Shown: one piece after another, positions 1 through 25,575 of the stretch
Position numbering within the stretch: the stretch's first letter is position 1
How the letters are laid out: each line of letters opens with the position of its first letter
Assembly: GCF_009914755.1 (NCBI RefSeq)
Contig: NC_060933.1
Direction: 5' to 3' (one strand)
DNA length: 64,000 nt
Source: the human T2T-CHM13v2.0 reference genome, Homo sapiens
Program-made: the position numbers and the translations under genes
The notes under the pieces: generated by a model
Told to the model about the DNA's origin: nothing
Seen by the model: only the letters and a program-made list of their open reading frames with translations
Databases searched by the model: none

Positions 1-84
1 CAGCTGTATAGGGTTTGGTACTTTTCGAGGCATCCACTAGGGATCTTGGAATGTATCCTCCTTGGATAAGGGGGCAACTACTGT
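1..84. mobile_element. End of MER2/Tigger-family DNA transposon
   Basis: ggcatccactagggatcttggaatgtatcc...ggataagggggcaactactg followed by TA. Confidence 0.6.
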
Positions 85-1730
<1,646 letters not shown>

Positions 1731-1758
1731 ATTGATGCCGGTAGGTGAGGACGATGGC

Positions 1759-3610
<1,852 letters not shown>

Positions 3611-4029
3611 TAGGGATAAAGTAGAATTGTTGCTTCAAAGGGTAAATATGTAATTTGTCTAGATGTTGCTGAATTTTCTTCCATAGTGGTGTACCATTTT
3701 TCATTCCTATTTGCAGTTTGTGTTTCTTTTCAGTTGCTTCATCAATAGTTTACAAACGTTTGAATTTTTGAACTTTTAATGTCTGATACTGAGAACTTGT
3801 GTTTGAATTTAGCTTAATTTTGCATGTTTCTTAATACAAGTGAGGCTACTAAGGGACATTTGATTTCAGTGAACTGGTTCATATTTCTTGCCAATCTTTT
3901 TATTGGGCTGTTAGTCTTTTTCTTAACATTTTTAGAAGCTTTTTATATGTTAGAGATAGTTGATTAGGTGACATAAGATGAAGTATTTTTTTGACTCTTA
4001 ATTAGTGAAACTTTAAAATTATAATTGGA

Positions 4030-5215
4030 TTCTAAATTAGAATGTGTATATTCTTTGGCCCTGCAACTTCACTTCTAGAAATTTATCCTAGAATGCTAAT
4101 AAAAGGATATTAATAGTCCCACCATTTTCACCCTTATGTGTATAGCCAAGGGAACTGGAAACATGTTCATACAAAAACTTGTACATCAATGTTTATAGCA
4201 GCATTATTCATAATAGCCAAAGATGGAAACAACCCAAGTGTCTATGAACTGATGAATGGATAAACAAAATGCAGTATATCGATGCAGTGGAATATCATTT
4301 AGCTATAAAATTGAATGAAATACTGACACATGCTACAACATGGATGAACCTTGAAAATATGCTGATTGGAAGAAGCTAGACACAAAAGGCTACATGTTGT
4401 GTGATTCCATTTATGGATTCTATTTATGTATGATCCCAGAATAGGCAAATCCATAGAGACAGAAAGTAGATTAGTGGTTCTGAGGGGAAGTAGGGGGAGA
4501 AGGAAATGAAGAATGTCTCCTAATAGGTGTAGGGCTTCTTTTGGGGGGTGATAAACATGTTCTGGAGTTAGATAGTGGTGATGGTTGTATAATCTTGTGA
4601 ATATTCCAAAAACCGCTGACTTGTGTGCACTTGAAAATGGTGAATTTTATGAGATGTGACATATTTTTAAAAAATAAAATGTATAACCTCAATCTAATCA
4701 TGAGAGAATATTAGATTAATTCAAATTGAGGGACACTCTATAAAATTATTGGTGAAGAGTATACTAGTATTCCCTGAAAGTATCAAGATCATGAAAGTAA
4801 AAAAATAAAAGTCTTGGGAACTGACTTAGATTGGAAGAGCCTAAAGAAATGTGAGAACTAAATGCAGTGTTAAATCTTTGATTAGATTCTGAACCAGAAA
4901 AAGAAAATGGGAAAAATGGCAACATTCAAATAAGGTATGTAGATTAAAGTTTTGTAGCAATGCTAATTTCCTGGTTTAGATAATTATACCATGGTTATAG
5001 AAGATTTTAACATTTGGGGAAGCTGGGTGAAGGATATACAGGAACTCTTGGTTTTTGCAACTTTTCTGTAGGTTTAATATTATTCCAAAATTTAAAAAGT
5101 TAATTGCAGCAGTTTTAAATAAGTGAAAATTCCATGTACTCCTATCAGTATTCGATTGGTTAAAATTATGGCACATTCATACAATGAGATACTGAGTAGT
5201 TAGCTATTAAAAAGA
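4030..5215 (+). mobile_element. L1MB/L1ME 3'-end fragments
   Basis: aaaacttgtacatcaatgtttatagcagcattattcataatagccaaa...ggcaaatccatagagacagaaagtagattagtggt. Confidence 0.75.
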
Positions 5216-5220
5216 ATGTG

Positions 5221-5342
5221 GGCCGGGTATGGGGGCTCATACCTGTAATCCCAGCACTTTGCAGTAAGCTGAGATCACGCCACTGCACTCCAGCCTGGGC
5301 AACAAAGCGAGACTTCATCTCAAAAAAAAAAAAAAAAAAAAA
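5221..5342 (+). mobile_element. Internally deleted Alu (left-arm start fused to right-arm end)
   Basis: cccagcactttg joined directly to cagtaagctgagatcacgccactgc, then an A-tail. Confidence 0.85.
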
Positions 5343-5349
5343 GCTAATT

Positions 5350-5800
5350 AAGAAACAACCCTTATACTTAATGGCTTAAAACAACAACCATTTATTACAA
5401 TTCTTTGGGTTAGGGGTTTGAGTGGAACTCAGCGAGAGTTCTTCACTGATTTCTCTTGGTGTGTCTCATGCTTCTGCAGTCATCTGCAGGCCTGATTGTA
5501 ATTGGGTCGTCTAAGATGGCCTTGCTCCTATGTCTGACAGTTGGTGATGTCTGTTAACTGGTTTGTCTGTGAGGCCTTGATAGGGAGAGTTTCTTATCCT
5601 CTCATATGCCTGTGGCAGGAAGATATTTCTCCTTGTGGTAGTCTTGATCTTTGGCAATCTAGGTTCAGAAATCCATGTTTTGTCTTCACCTGACTGTTGG
5701 TTAGAGGAAGTTGTCAAACCAGCTTTGATCTAGGGACATGGAGAAACAGATTGAACCTTTTGATGGAATTGGCAGCAAAGTCATATTGTGAAAATGTGTG
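5350..5800 (-). mobile_element. Degenerate MaLR (MLT1-type) LTR
   Basis: acttaatggcttaaaacaacaaccatttatt...ctgttggttagaggaagttgtcaaaccagc. Confidence 0.5.
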
Positions 5801-6273
5801 TGTACAGGAATGAGAGCAATTTGTAGCTCTTTGTTTTTGCAGTTCTTTGTTTTCTCAGTTTTCCACAGGAGTGATGGAATAAGATTTGTATTTTTAAAAA
5901 GTTCACTCTGAGTGTAATGTCACCACAAGTTTGGAGGGGACAGGGAAAACGAGTCAAGGCAGGGTTAACAGGTCATTGCAGTAATCTGTGGGAGAGATGA
6001 TAAATAAGAGGGTGCAAAGACATTATTGCACACTTTTCATCCTCTGCTTCTAAACATCTCTGGAATTGAGATATCTCAAGATATTCCATACTGATTTAAA
6101 GTCATCCGAGCTGCCCCTCAGGCCTTTGAGCATGTGATACCCATACCCATCTCTCTTATTATGTAGGTAAAGAAACTTCAGCCCTAGAGAAGTTAAGTTG
6201 CTAAGGAACACGTAATTCGTAAGGGACAGAGCAGTCAGATCTTGGAAACTTAGTTTCTTGAAGATCCAGTTGA

Positions 6274-6622
<349 letters not shown>

Positions 6623-6822
6623 GAAAGTCTGTAATCTTAGCACCTTCCCTTATTAGGGAAAGTGAAGGCATCAAGGATAACACAGAATGAAGTTTTATTT
6701 TAAATGACAGAGGTAGGCCCTAAATTTTTTTACACATTTTTACACATTTTTTTCTATACCATTTTAAGATAATAGATTTCTTATATTTCTTTGCTAATTT
6801 TCATAATAACTTTCTTTTTTAG

Positions 6823-6918
6823 CTACAAGGCTTTGGCCGACCAAGTGTGTACCATGCTGCTATTGTCATCTTCCTTGAATTCTTTGCGTGGGGCCTGTTG
6901 ACAACTCCAATGTTGACT
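6823..6918 (+). CDS. MFSD14B: MFSD14B coding exon 2 (LQGFGRPSVYHAAIVIFLEFFAWGLLTTPMLT, first TM helix)
   Basis: Acceptor tttcttttttAG at 6821-6822, donor GTaagt at 6919; 96 nt, phase 0/0; peptide matches HIATL1/MFSD14B as recalled. Exon numbering assumes one upstream coding exon outside the window. Confidence 0.95.
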
Positions 6919-7209
6919 GTAAGTATTGCTGAACTGGGTTTGTGTTTTGTAAGAGAAAGAGATAAGTTCTTAGGCACGTATCACTGTGTATGTCTAGATA
7001 CGTGTTTGGGAGTAGCTCTTGATGGTGATTTAAAACAGCTTGTTTCATTGTTTTTTTTTTTTTCCATTGTGGTTTCTGAACCACATGTAACACAAAACAC
7101 CTCTTTAAATATTCCTGGGTAGCACTGCACTCTTATGGAAGTAAACTTGGGGGTGCTGTTATACAAACGAACTGTATATGTTTAGGAAGATCCTTAAGAT
7201 ACTCTACAG

Positions 7210-7523
7210 CAGCAACTCCCAAACTTTTTTAGCACTAGGGACTGGTTTCGTGGAAGACAATGTTTCCACAGAATTGGGTTGGTTGGGGGATGGTTTCAGG
7301 ATGAAACTGTTCCACCTCAGACCATCAGGCATTATTAGTTAGATTCTCATAATGAGCGCAACTTAGACCCCTCACATGCACAGTTCAGAGTAGGGTTTGC
7401 ACCCCTATGAGAATCTAATGCCGCTGCTGATCTGACAGGAGGCAGAACTCAGGTGGTAATGCTCGCTCGCCTGCTGCTCTGTGTGGCTGGGTTCATAACA
7501 GGCCACGGACTCATAGGGTCCTG
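7210..7523. mobile_element. MER1B (hAT-Charlie MITE)
   Basis: ggactggtttcgtggaagacaa...gaatctaatgccgctgctgatctgacaggaggc; 8-bp TSD-like ctctacag / tcctacag. Confidence 0.8.
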
Positions 7524-7898
7524 TCCTACAGGAAATTGCAGAGCATTGTTGAAGTCTGTAACTTCTTTAGGAGGATATTAATGGTCTTTGACTTAAGAAC
7601 ATAGTAAATAGCAGATTGGTGAGTACTTTGTAACAATGAGTAATAATTGTAGGAGTGTCTAAATTTCAGTTTTTCGTAGCTTATCTATAGCCATTTCTTC
7701 AGAGGTGGTATTGAATATCTTAGCAAGAACTTGTATGTTTCATCTATGATGCGGTTAGAAGGAAGAGAGATGCCAAAGAAAAGATGACGGGGGCAGATAT
7801 TAGGTGGCTTACAACTATTTAACACTTAATTTTAATAAAATATTTTAAACTGGAGTTAAGTTTCAGTTGTCTTAATTATTCTTTAAAAATTATTGATG

Positions 7899-9312
<1,414 letters not shown>

Positions 9313-9319
9313 ACCCAAC

Positions 9320-12190
<2,871 letters not shown>

Positions 12191-12272
12191 ATGTCAAATG
12201 TGAGAAGTCTGACAATTTTTTTTTCTTGTAGATATTGGGTTTATAATACTTTTTTTTTTTTTTTAAATTCAA

Positions 12273-12602
<330 letters not shown>

Positions 12603-13222
12603 TCAAACCATTAGAGGGTTCCTATATTTCTGAGTAATATAGTTAGAAAAACCAGTGGACTAGCTGATATCTCAATACTTTATGCACTTTTCAATTTCTG
12701 TATTTCCCTGATTGTCCTAAAAACCAGAAAATAGGAAAGCTGTTCTCCTACCCTCGCAATATAAAATTATAGGATTTTGAGCTGTGTTAGGAGTTTGATC
12801 TGAGGAAAATATGATTCTATAGAATGATATATTTTCCTAAAGTTTCCTCATGGCTAAAATAAAATAGGAACCAGATACCTTTTTGTGTAAGCTTTTAATG
12901 GAAGTATAATGTGTACAGAAAGATGTACAAATTATAAATACACAGCTTGATGAATTTTTATACAGTAAGTACACTTATATATCCAGTACTGTACCACACT
13001 CCCAGAAACAATCCTAAGTAATTTCTGTCCTTGTCACATTTCTAATGTGACAGTTTGGCCTTTGTGTTTGTGTGTTTAATATTATATAAGTGGAATCATA
13101 CAATGTATACTCTTTGTTGTCTGGCTTTTTTGGCTTAGTACGTTTATGAGATTAATCCATGTTGTATGTAGCAACATTTCATTGTTGTATAGTGTGTTCT
13201 TACATAACCACATATGATTTTC

Positions 13223-14062
13223 TGTTATCTTGGGCAGGAAAGGATTAATTCAGCAGGCCCAAGTTGCTCAAGTCTTTCATGTTCCCAAGAGGACCATTTT
13301 CTGTGACTGTTCCTTGACAGGCCAGAATTGAGCTCTTGGAATATTTTGCGTTTTGTGTGATTGAATCTTTGAACTTGATTGTTCCAGTTTGTGCAAACAG
13401 CATTATTTATGGTGAACACCTTTCCTTCTCGTGAACTAGAGAGCTTTGGTAGCTGGTCATTCATTGTGTACCTTGAAGATCACCCACCAAGAAAAACCCT
13501 GGACTCCTAGGCTTTTGTGAGCTTCCATAGCAGACAACACTTCACATAATGTTGTTATAGTTTCTCTTTTTCTTTTCTTTTCCTCCGAGACAGAGCCTGG
13601 CTCTGTTGCCCAGGCTGGAGTGCAGTTGCGCTATCTCGGCTCACAGCAGCTCCGCCTCCTGGGTTCAAGTGATTCTCCTGCCTCAGCCTCCCGAGTCCCG
13701 GCTAGTTTTTGTATTTTTAGTAGAGATGGGGTTTCGCCATGTTGGCCAGACTGGTCTCAAACTCCTGGCGTCAAGTGATTCACCCGCTTCGGACTCCCAA
13801 AGTGCTTGAGCTACTGTGCCTGGCCATTGTTACAGTTTATTGCTGGAGGGATTAAATGCTTTATGTGTGACTCCACTGGGAGAGGACTCTTAGAAGCATG
13901 CACCTGGCTTCCTCCAGACTTTGCCTGATGTCCCTTTTGCCTTTGCTGATTTTGCTTTGTGTCCTTTTGCTGTAATAAACTGTAAGTATAACAGTTTCAG
14001 AGTCCTGGAATCCTCTTAGCAAATTGCTGAACTTAGAGATGGTCCTGGAGTCTATTGACACA
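13223..14062 (+). mobile_element. MER77/MER21-group solo LTR inserted in an L1ME, split by an internally deleted Alu (13560-13825)
   Basis: Starts TG..caggaaaggattaattcagcaggc; contains ctccactgggagaggactct, AATAAA at about 13974, ends gacaCA. Confidence 0.65.
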
Positions 14063-14589
14063 AATCCATTCTGCTGTTGGACATTTGGGTTTCTGGTTTT
14101 TGCCTATTACAAATATTGCTGTTGTAATATTTCTTGTATATATCTTTTGGTGAACATGTATACGTGTTTCTTGGGGTATATATCTGGGAGTAAAATTGCA
14201 TGGTTGTGTTCAGCATCACTATGTAGTGCTAAAAGTTTTCCAGAGTGGGTGAACAATTTACTCTTCAGCCAGGCAGACTCCATGTCTTCACCAGCAATTT
14301 GAATTCTGGTAGGTACATTATGGTCTTAATTTGCATATTCCTAACGACCAATGAAGTTAACCCCCTTTACGTATAACATATATTTATTGGCCATGTGAAT
14401 ATCTTTTTGTTAAGTGTCAGTTCATGTGTTTCATCAGTTTTTAAAAAATTGGGTTGTGTCCCTTTTTCTTATTTGTAGGAGTTCTTTATATATTCTAGGT
14501 ACAATTTTTTTCATGTGTACGTTTGTCTCTATACGCACACATATACTTATTATTGATATATTTTCCTTATTCTTGGATTGTCTTTCTTC

Positions 14590-14890
14590 CTTTTTTTTTT
14601 TTTTCTAGATGGAGTCTTGCTCTTGTTGCCTAGGCTGGAGTGTGCAGTGGTGCGATATCGGTTCACTGCAACGTCTGCCTCCCGGGTTCAAGCAGTTCCC
14701 CTGCCTCAGCCTCCCAAGTAGTTTGGAATACAGGCGCGTGCCACCAAGCCTGGCTAATTTTTGTATTTTTAGTAGAGATGGGGTTTCACCATGTTGGGCA
14801 GGCTGATCTTGAACTCCTGACCTCAAGTGATCTGCCTGCCTTGACTTCCCAAAGTGCTGGGATTACAGATGTGAGCCAGAATGCCCAGCC
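14590..14890 (-). mobile_element. AluSq/Sx, antisense
   Basis: Full Alu consensus. Confidence 0.9.
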
Positions 14891-14912
14891 TGGGATTGCC
14901 TTTCTGTTCTCT

Positions 14913-15476
14913 CTCTCTCTTTTTTTTTTTTTTCAGGGTAGGTAGGAAAGTATTTTTATTATAAATTTCAGGATCTAAAAAATGATTTATTACATTTGCT
15001 ACGATTAAGGTGACCTTTAAACCAAGCCACGTGTGCCCTGCATAGTGACGTCGTGACCCTCGGGCATGGAAAAAGACATAGGTCTACCCAGATAACCCGG
15101 ATAACCTTCTGAGGTCTCTTCAGCCCTTTTCGCTAGTGGTCACCCACCACTATGGTTACTTGCCAGCAACATCTTTATTGCTGGATGGTCCCTGTGTATA
15201 ACCCTGGTCTAGTATATTTTTTCCAATATGTGACCTCAGTCTTACTACTGACTAGTTCTGTGGGTCTCTTGCTAGGTGGTAAGGATTTTTATACTTGGGC
15301 TTATAGAGCCAGTTAGATCATAACTCTTATGAAATATAGAGTGTCCTAAATATCACTGAAATAAAAAGTAGGAAAAAGAAGCTTGAATTTTAAGACTGAG
15401 GCTGCTCTGAAGATTCTAGTTTGGCTTTCAGAGTTCAAGAATGGTGGCATCTTCACCTGAATTCTTCAATGTCAGG
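14913..15476 (-). pseudogene. 5'-truncated processed retrocopy of an unidentified polyadenylated transcript (mostly 3'UTR-like)
   Basis: TSD GCCTTTCTGTTCTCT at 14898-14912 and 15477-15491; (CT)n/T-run tail to 14933; minus-strand AATAAA at 14955-14960 and 14986-14991; body does not resemble any repeat I recognise. Confidence 0.8.
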
Positions 15477-15879
15477 GCCTTTCTGTTCTCTTAATGCCTT
15501 TGGATGACACTAATTTTAATTGAATTTAAGTTTTTATGTAGTTGAATTTATTTTTGCTTATGGTTAGTGTTTTTAAAAAATCCTGTTTAAGACAACTTTT
15601 CTACCACAAACCTTAATTGGTTTATTGTTCTCATGTAGTCCTATCATCCAGAAAGATCATTGTGTTTGGTAGGGGGTCAGTATTCACTTTGGTTGCAGAA
15701 GAATATATAGTTGAACCAGCATCATTTATTGAAAAAATTCTTCTTTCCCCACTGTACTGTGTCACCTTTGTCATAAATGAGACAACCGTCCATATATGGG
15801 TTTGTTTCTAAATTTTTTAGTATTCTGTTGAGCTATATTTCCTTGTGCCAACACCATCCTGTGTTAACTTCTATAGTAA

Positions 15880-16187
<308 letters not shown>

Positions 16188-16202
16188 ATAATATCTTGTA
16201 TA

Positions 16203-17130
<928 letters not shown>

Positions 17131-17134
<4 letters not shown>

Positions 17135-17595
17135 GGTCATGGATGAAATCATGGGGCGTTGAAGCTGTCTTCTTGAGTTGAGTCAGTTCCTGAGTTGGGG
17201 CCACAAGATCAGATGAGCCAGTTTATCGATCTGGGTGGTGCCAGCTGATCCATTAAGTGCAGGGTCTGCAAAATATCTCAAGCAGTGATATTAGGAGCAG
17301 TTTGGGGAGGGTCAGAATCCTGTAGCCTCTAGCTACCTGATTCGTAAACCATAATTTCTAATCTTGTGGCTAATGTTGGTCCTACAAAGGCAGTCTAGTC
17401 TCCAGGCAAGAAGGAGGTCTGCTTTGGGAAAGGGCTATTACTGTCTTTGTTTTAAAAAACTATAAACTAAGTTTCTCCCAAAGTTCATGCTATGCCCAGG
17501 AATGAACAAGGACAGCTTGGAGGTTAGAAGTAAGATGGAGTCGGTTAAGTTAGATCTTTCACTGTCTCAGTCATAATTTTGCAAAGGCTGTTTCA
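17131..17595 (-). mobile_element. LTR8 (ERV1), 3'-truncated
   Basis: Minus strand begins TGAAACAGCCTTTGCAAAATTATGACTGAGACAGTGAAAGATCTAACTTAACCGACTCCATCTT, matching the LTR8 5' end as recalled. Confidence 0.85.
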
Positions 17596-19484
17596 AGTTT
17601 ACAGTCAGGCTGTAGCCAGTTTTCCACCTGTAGTCTAGATACCTGTGGTTACTAAGAGTGTAGTTCTTCAGCCCAGGTGGAAAGCCTTATTCCCTAAAAT
17701 TTAATGCAGGGACTGGTTATAGGCACTCTTGCTCTGTGAAAGTGTGGATATTCTAGAGTACTGAAGTACTCTATAGGATTATGTGGTCATAGGACTTTGT
17801 GCACTTTTGGCAGCCATAAGAGATCTGGGGCACCGTCCTTTTTGAATCTCATTCCGTTCAATCCTGCAAGTATCCCACTTAGAAGTCCCACAGTTTTCAG
17901 AGAACTGTGCTTGTGATTGTTATCCTGGTGCCATATCTGTAGGTCAGCAGCTTTGAGAGGAAGACACCAGGGAGCTTACTTTGTGACCTTTTAGTACCCT
18001 TTCATTTATGGCTATTTTTTCCTACTCCTCTGATTTGGGAGGTTTCTTTCTGGGTTCTGGAAAATGAACTTCTTCAAGGTCTTCTCTTTCATCTTCAAGT
18101 GCTACTTTTCTTCAGCTCTTTTTTTGTTGTCAGTCTTTTCTCATCTGTTCTGTATCATCCAGAAGCGCCTTATGATTCTTGGCTTTCTAGGAATGCTGTA
18201 AATTTAATTTCATGTTTTTTCTGTTATATCTGTGGAAGTGGAGAAACACAGCTCTGTGTATGTTTATTACATGTAGATATTTCTAAGCTTTGTTGTACTG
18301 GAAGACAGTTCATTTCTTAAAACTTTATAGTTATTGTTTTAAAAGTGATAAGCAAGTGTCATTTTTTTCTTTTAAAATGTTTCCTATTTTTTTCAGGCAA
18401 ATGCCATTTTATGTTTACTGTAGTCCTTCTCAAGAATACTTAAAGGGGATATTTTCCTTGAGTTATTTTTATTTATTTATTTAGATAGATAGATAGATAC
18501 AAGGTCTTGCTCTGTTGCCCAGGCTAGAGTGCAGTGGTGCAATCATAGCTCACTGCAGACTTGATCTTCCGGGCTCAAGGCAATCTTCCCACTTCAGCTT
18601 CCTCAGTAGCTAGGATTACAGGTGTATGCCACTGTGCCTGGCTAAGCTTGAGATTTTTTTTCATACAGAGATGTTAAAAATGAAAGCTTTGATCTTCTCT
18701 GAGATATTTAATACACCTTTTATTATTAGGTTTACTTTATTCTGATAACATTTGTTGCCTTTTGTAGCTAAATTATTTACATACTTTATTTTGGTTTTTA
18801 AACTTTATCATAAGCCTGAGTAGAATATATGTTTTATTTACAACTGCTTTATTTTATGAAGGTTAGCCTTTTAAAATTATTATTGACTTGTTTTACTTTT
18901 TTCTTTAGTAAGATTTCACTGTTTCCTTTTTTGGGGGAGGGTAGGTAGAAAACAGTAGAAAAGTTTTTAAAAGCATGGATTGAACATTTTTAGAGGAATT
19001 GCCTGCATGGTAGCTTGATTGCTCAGAAATGGGCCCATATGGTCAGAAATTACATGAGATCTATTTAGTGTGCAACTCATTAAGTATGTATTTTGTCATT
19101 CATCCATAGATACGGTTTTGCCAAATTAAAATGATGATCTCTTATTCCTAAACTGCATCACCTGTACAAAGGGAATGCAGGTTTGCATCATTTTCCATGT
19201 AGAATTCTAGCAGTGGTCTGAGGTCGAGAGGGTGAGGTTTGAGGTGGGGGCAGGGAAGGATCAGCACTGCTGCTCCTTTGACAGCATGAGAGAACCCTGG
19301 AGGTGTTGGTGCAGTGTTGACCAGCACTCACTCCACCCTGTATTTCCCACTGAAAGAAACTAAGAGGAAGCCTGTGGGGAAAGGGAGTCAGAGGAATGTC
19401 CATAGTCTCTTATCTCTGATCTGATAGAGTATAGAAGGGAGAATGTGGGACTGAGAGACAATGGGTTAATAATGGACATGATCA

Positions 19485-19778
19485 GGCCGGGAGCGGTGGC
19501 TCACGCCTGTAATCCCAACACTTTGGGAGGCCAAGGTGGATGGATCACAAGGTCAGGAGTTCAAGACCAGCCTGGCCAATATGGTGAAACTCCACCTCTA
19601 CCAAAAATACAAAAATTAGCTGGGCATGGTGGCAGGTTCCTGTAGTCCCAGCTACTCGGGAGGATGAGGCAAGGAGAATCGCTTGAACCTGAGAGGCGGG
19701 GGTTGCAGTGAGCTGAGATTGTACCACTGCACTCCAGCCTGGCGAAGAGTGAGACTCCATCTCCAAAAAAAAAAAAAA
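19485..19778 (+). mobile_element. AluSg-like, sense
   Basis: Full Alu; TSD-like gacatgatc on both sides. Confidence 0.9.
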
Positions 19779-20139
19779 GTTGACATGATCCGATAAGCAT
19801 TTTTTAAAAATACGTTTTTGTTTTGCATTTTACCATGTTTTTGTGATGCATGTGACAAATCAAGTTATTCAACAGTTCTAGTCTTTCTATTCTTTAAAGA
19901 AAATGTCTGTATCTCTGTGACTTACATTTATTATTTTTGGAAGATTTTTTCTTATAACTTTGGTATTTCACTTGAAATATTTGGTGTCCTTCATTTGCTT
20001 TTCTTTTTCTTCAGTACAGGCAAGTAGAGTTCAAATGTCAGTAGCTGAGATGACAAACTTTTTCTAAACCTTAAAAATAATGTTGTTAGAGGAAAGGTTG
20101 GAAATAATTTGTGAGTAGATTTTAATTTCCGTTTTTTAA

Positions 20140-20690
20140 AGACTTAATTTTTTAAAGAGTCATTTAAGGTTCACAGCAAAATTGAGAGGAAGGTACAGAG
20201 ATTTCCCCTGTATCCCTTCCCTACATATGCATACCCCCCCCTTTTTTTTTTTTACTATGGACATTCCTTTCTAAAGGGGTACATTTGTTTTATTTGATGA
20301 ACTTACATTGACATACTGTTATCACCCAAATTCTGTAGTTTAGGTTTCACTCTTGGTATTCTATATGCTGAGTTTTGATAAATACATAATGCATGTATCC
20401 ACCATCATAGTATCATACAAAGCATTTTCATTGCCCTAAAAATCCCCTGTGCTCTGCCTATTCATCCCTCCCTCCTTCACAGTCCCTGGCCACCACTGAT
20501 CTTTTTATCGTTTCCATAGTTTTACCTTTTCCAGAATGTCATATACTTGGAATTATACAATACAATATGTAGCCTTTTCAGATTGGTTTGTTTCACTTAA
20601 CTATGTGCATTTGAGGTTCCTCCATGTTTTTTAGTGGCTTGGTAGCTCATTTCTTTTTAGTGATAGTCTGGATGTACCACAGTTTGTTTG
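20140..20690 (-). mobile_element. L1MC 3' end
   Basis: ggttcacagcaaaattgagaggaaggtacagagatttccc...tagccttttcagattgg. Confidence 0.75.
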
Positions 20691-20829
20691 TTTATTTTTT
20701 TGAATTTTGTTGATATTTTATAATTTTTCATTGCAGGACTCATTTATGTAGCATGCCATTAAAAGAGGCAGAAAATTTTTCCTTTAACTTAAATTTGAAT
20801 TTGTCTTGATGTTTGTTTGCTTTTTGTAG

Positions 20830-20892
20830 GTTCTACATGAAACATTTTCTCAACACACATTCCTCATGAATGGTCTCATTCAAGGTGTAAAG
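20830..20892 (+). CDS. MFSD14B: MFSD14B coding exon 3 (VLHETFSQHTFLMNGLIQGVK)
   Basis: ttttgtAG|GTTCTA...GTAAAG|GTaaga; 63 nt, phase 0/0. Confidence 0.95.
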
Positions 20893-21373
20893 GTAAGAAA
20901 AAATTTTTATGTGGTTTGTAATGAACCAAAGTCAGGAATCCTTGGTAGTTTAACTCTGGAAGTTTTAGTGGGACTTTGGGAAACAAATACTATTTGTTCT
21001 GGAGGCTGAAATCTAAATTTTTAGCTGGGTTATTAAAAGTCACTTTAAAATACAACACAAATACATAAGGCATAGAATGGTTTACTGGCAAATAGCAGTG
21101 TGAATACTCTATAGGCCTAACTTCATTTTTATTATTGTGTACACAAAAGGGCTTAATTATTATGTAACTTTTAACTTCTCTGCCTATCAACAGAATAAAG
21201 TGGGCAATTGCTACCATCTTCTTTTTAGGTATACTAAAAAGAAGTATATCTGAGGAAGAAGGAAGCCGAGCTGGTAACACTGGCCATGGCTTTGTAATAA
21301 CTCAGCCACTTGATTTAATTAGTCTTAATTCATTATGTCGATTTTAATATGATATATATAAAAACGGCTTTAA

Positions 21374-22520
<1,147 letters not shown>

Positions 22521-22672
22521 TTAAATAGGGGTTTAAAGTATAATAGTATTTTTTAGTCTCTTATAGTAAAGCATATGAGTATAGGGTCTAATTTGTGCTT
22601 TCCAGTTTAGATAATGTCAATCTATGCATAATTATACGTTGTACTGAACAACATACTTAAAATTATTCCCAA

Positions 22673-22977
<305 letters not shown>

Positions 22978-23163
22978 CTAGTAATGTGCTGAATTTAGCC
23001 ATTGTAGTTCGTTATTTTCATAGCTCTTAAAAAACATTCATATAATAAATAATGTTAAATATTAATAAATCATATTTATTATTTGCCTGTTTTCAAAAAT
23101 AATTTGAGGATATTTATATGTAAAACGGCATTTTATTTATTTTTTATCATTTGGGTACTTTTT

Positions 23164-25191
<2,028 letters not shown>

Positions 25192-25440
25192 CATTTGGGT
25201 ACTTTTTATTATTTAACAAACACTGGATACATAAACAAGTGAAACACAACCTAGACACGATTTACAGACTTTCTGTTTCCAGTTAAAACAGAGAACTATG
25301 ACTAAAGTATTAGTAGCATACAGAGTTTATGCATAAGTACATTTCTAAATAAAATTCCCAATTTGCCACTCTTTTGTTTGGAATAATCCTCACAAAACCA
25401 TTAGAATCCTAAAGTAAAAATACATTTATTACTTACATCA

Positions 25441-25575
25441 GAAACAACGAATTCAGAATGGAAAGTAGTTAAAAATCTGAAATGTTTTTTCTCATAAACT
25501 TGGAAAGAAACAATGAATTCAAAATGGAAAGTAGTTAAAAATCTGAAATGATTTTTCTCATAAACTTGGAAAGAA
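25441..25575. repeat. 66-bp tandem duplication
   Basis: Units 25441-25506 and 25507-25572 differ at 3 positions. Confidence 0.95.

Noticed and set aside
6919-7122. Exon 2 reading frame stays open for 67 codons into intron 2 (ORF 6847..7122)
   Set aside because: Strong GTAAGT donor at 6919; this length of open frame can arise by chance and there is no sequence support for a retained-intron product
25441-25575. Direct repeats here and at 36469-36608 as CRISPR-like arrays
   Set aside because: Eukaryotic intron, 2-3 adjacent units, no unique spacers, no cas genes
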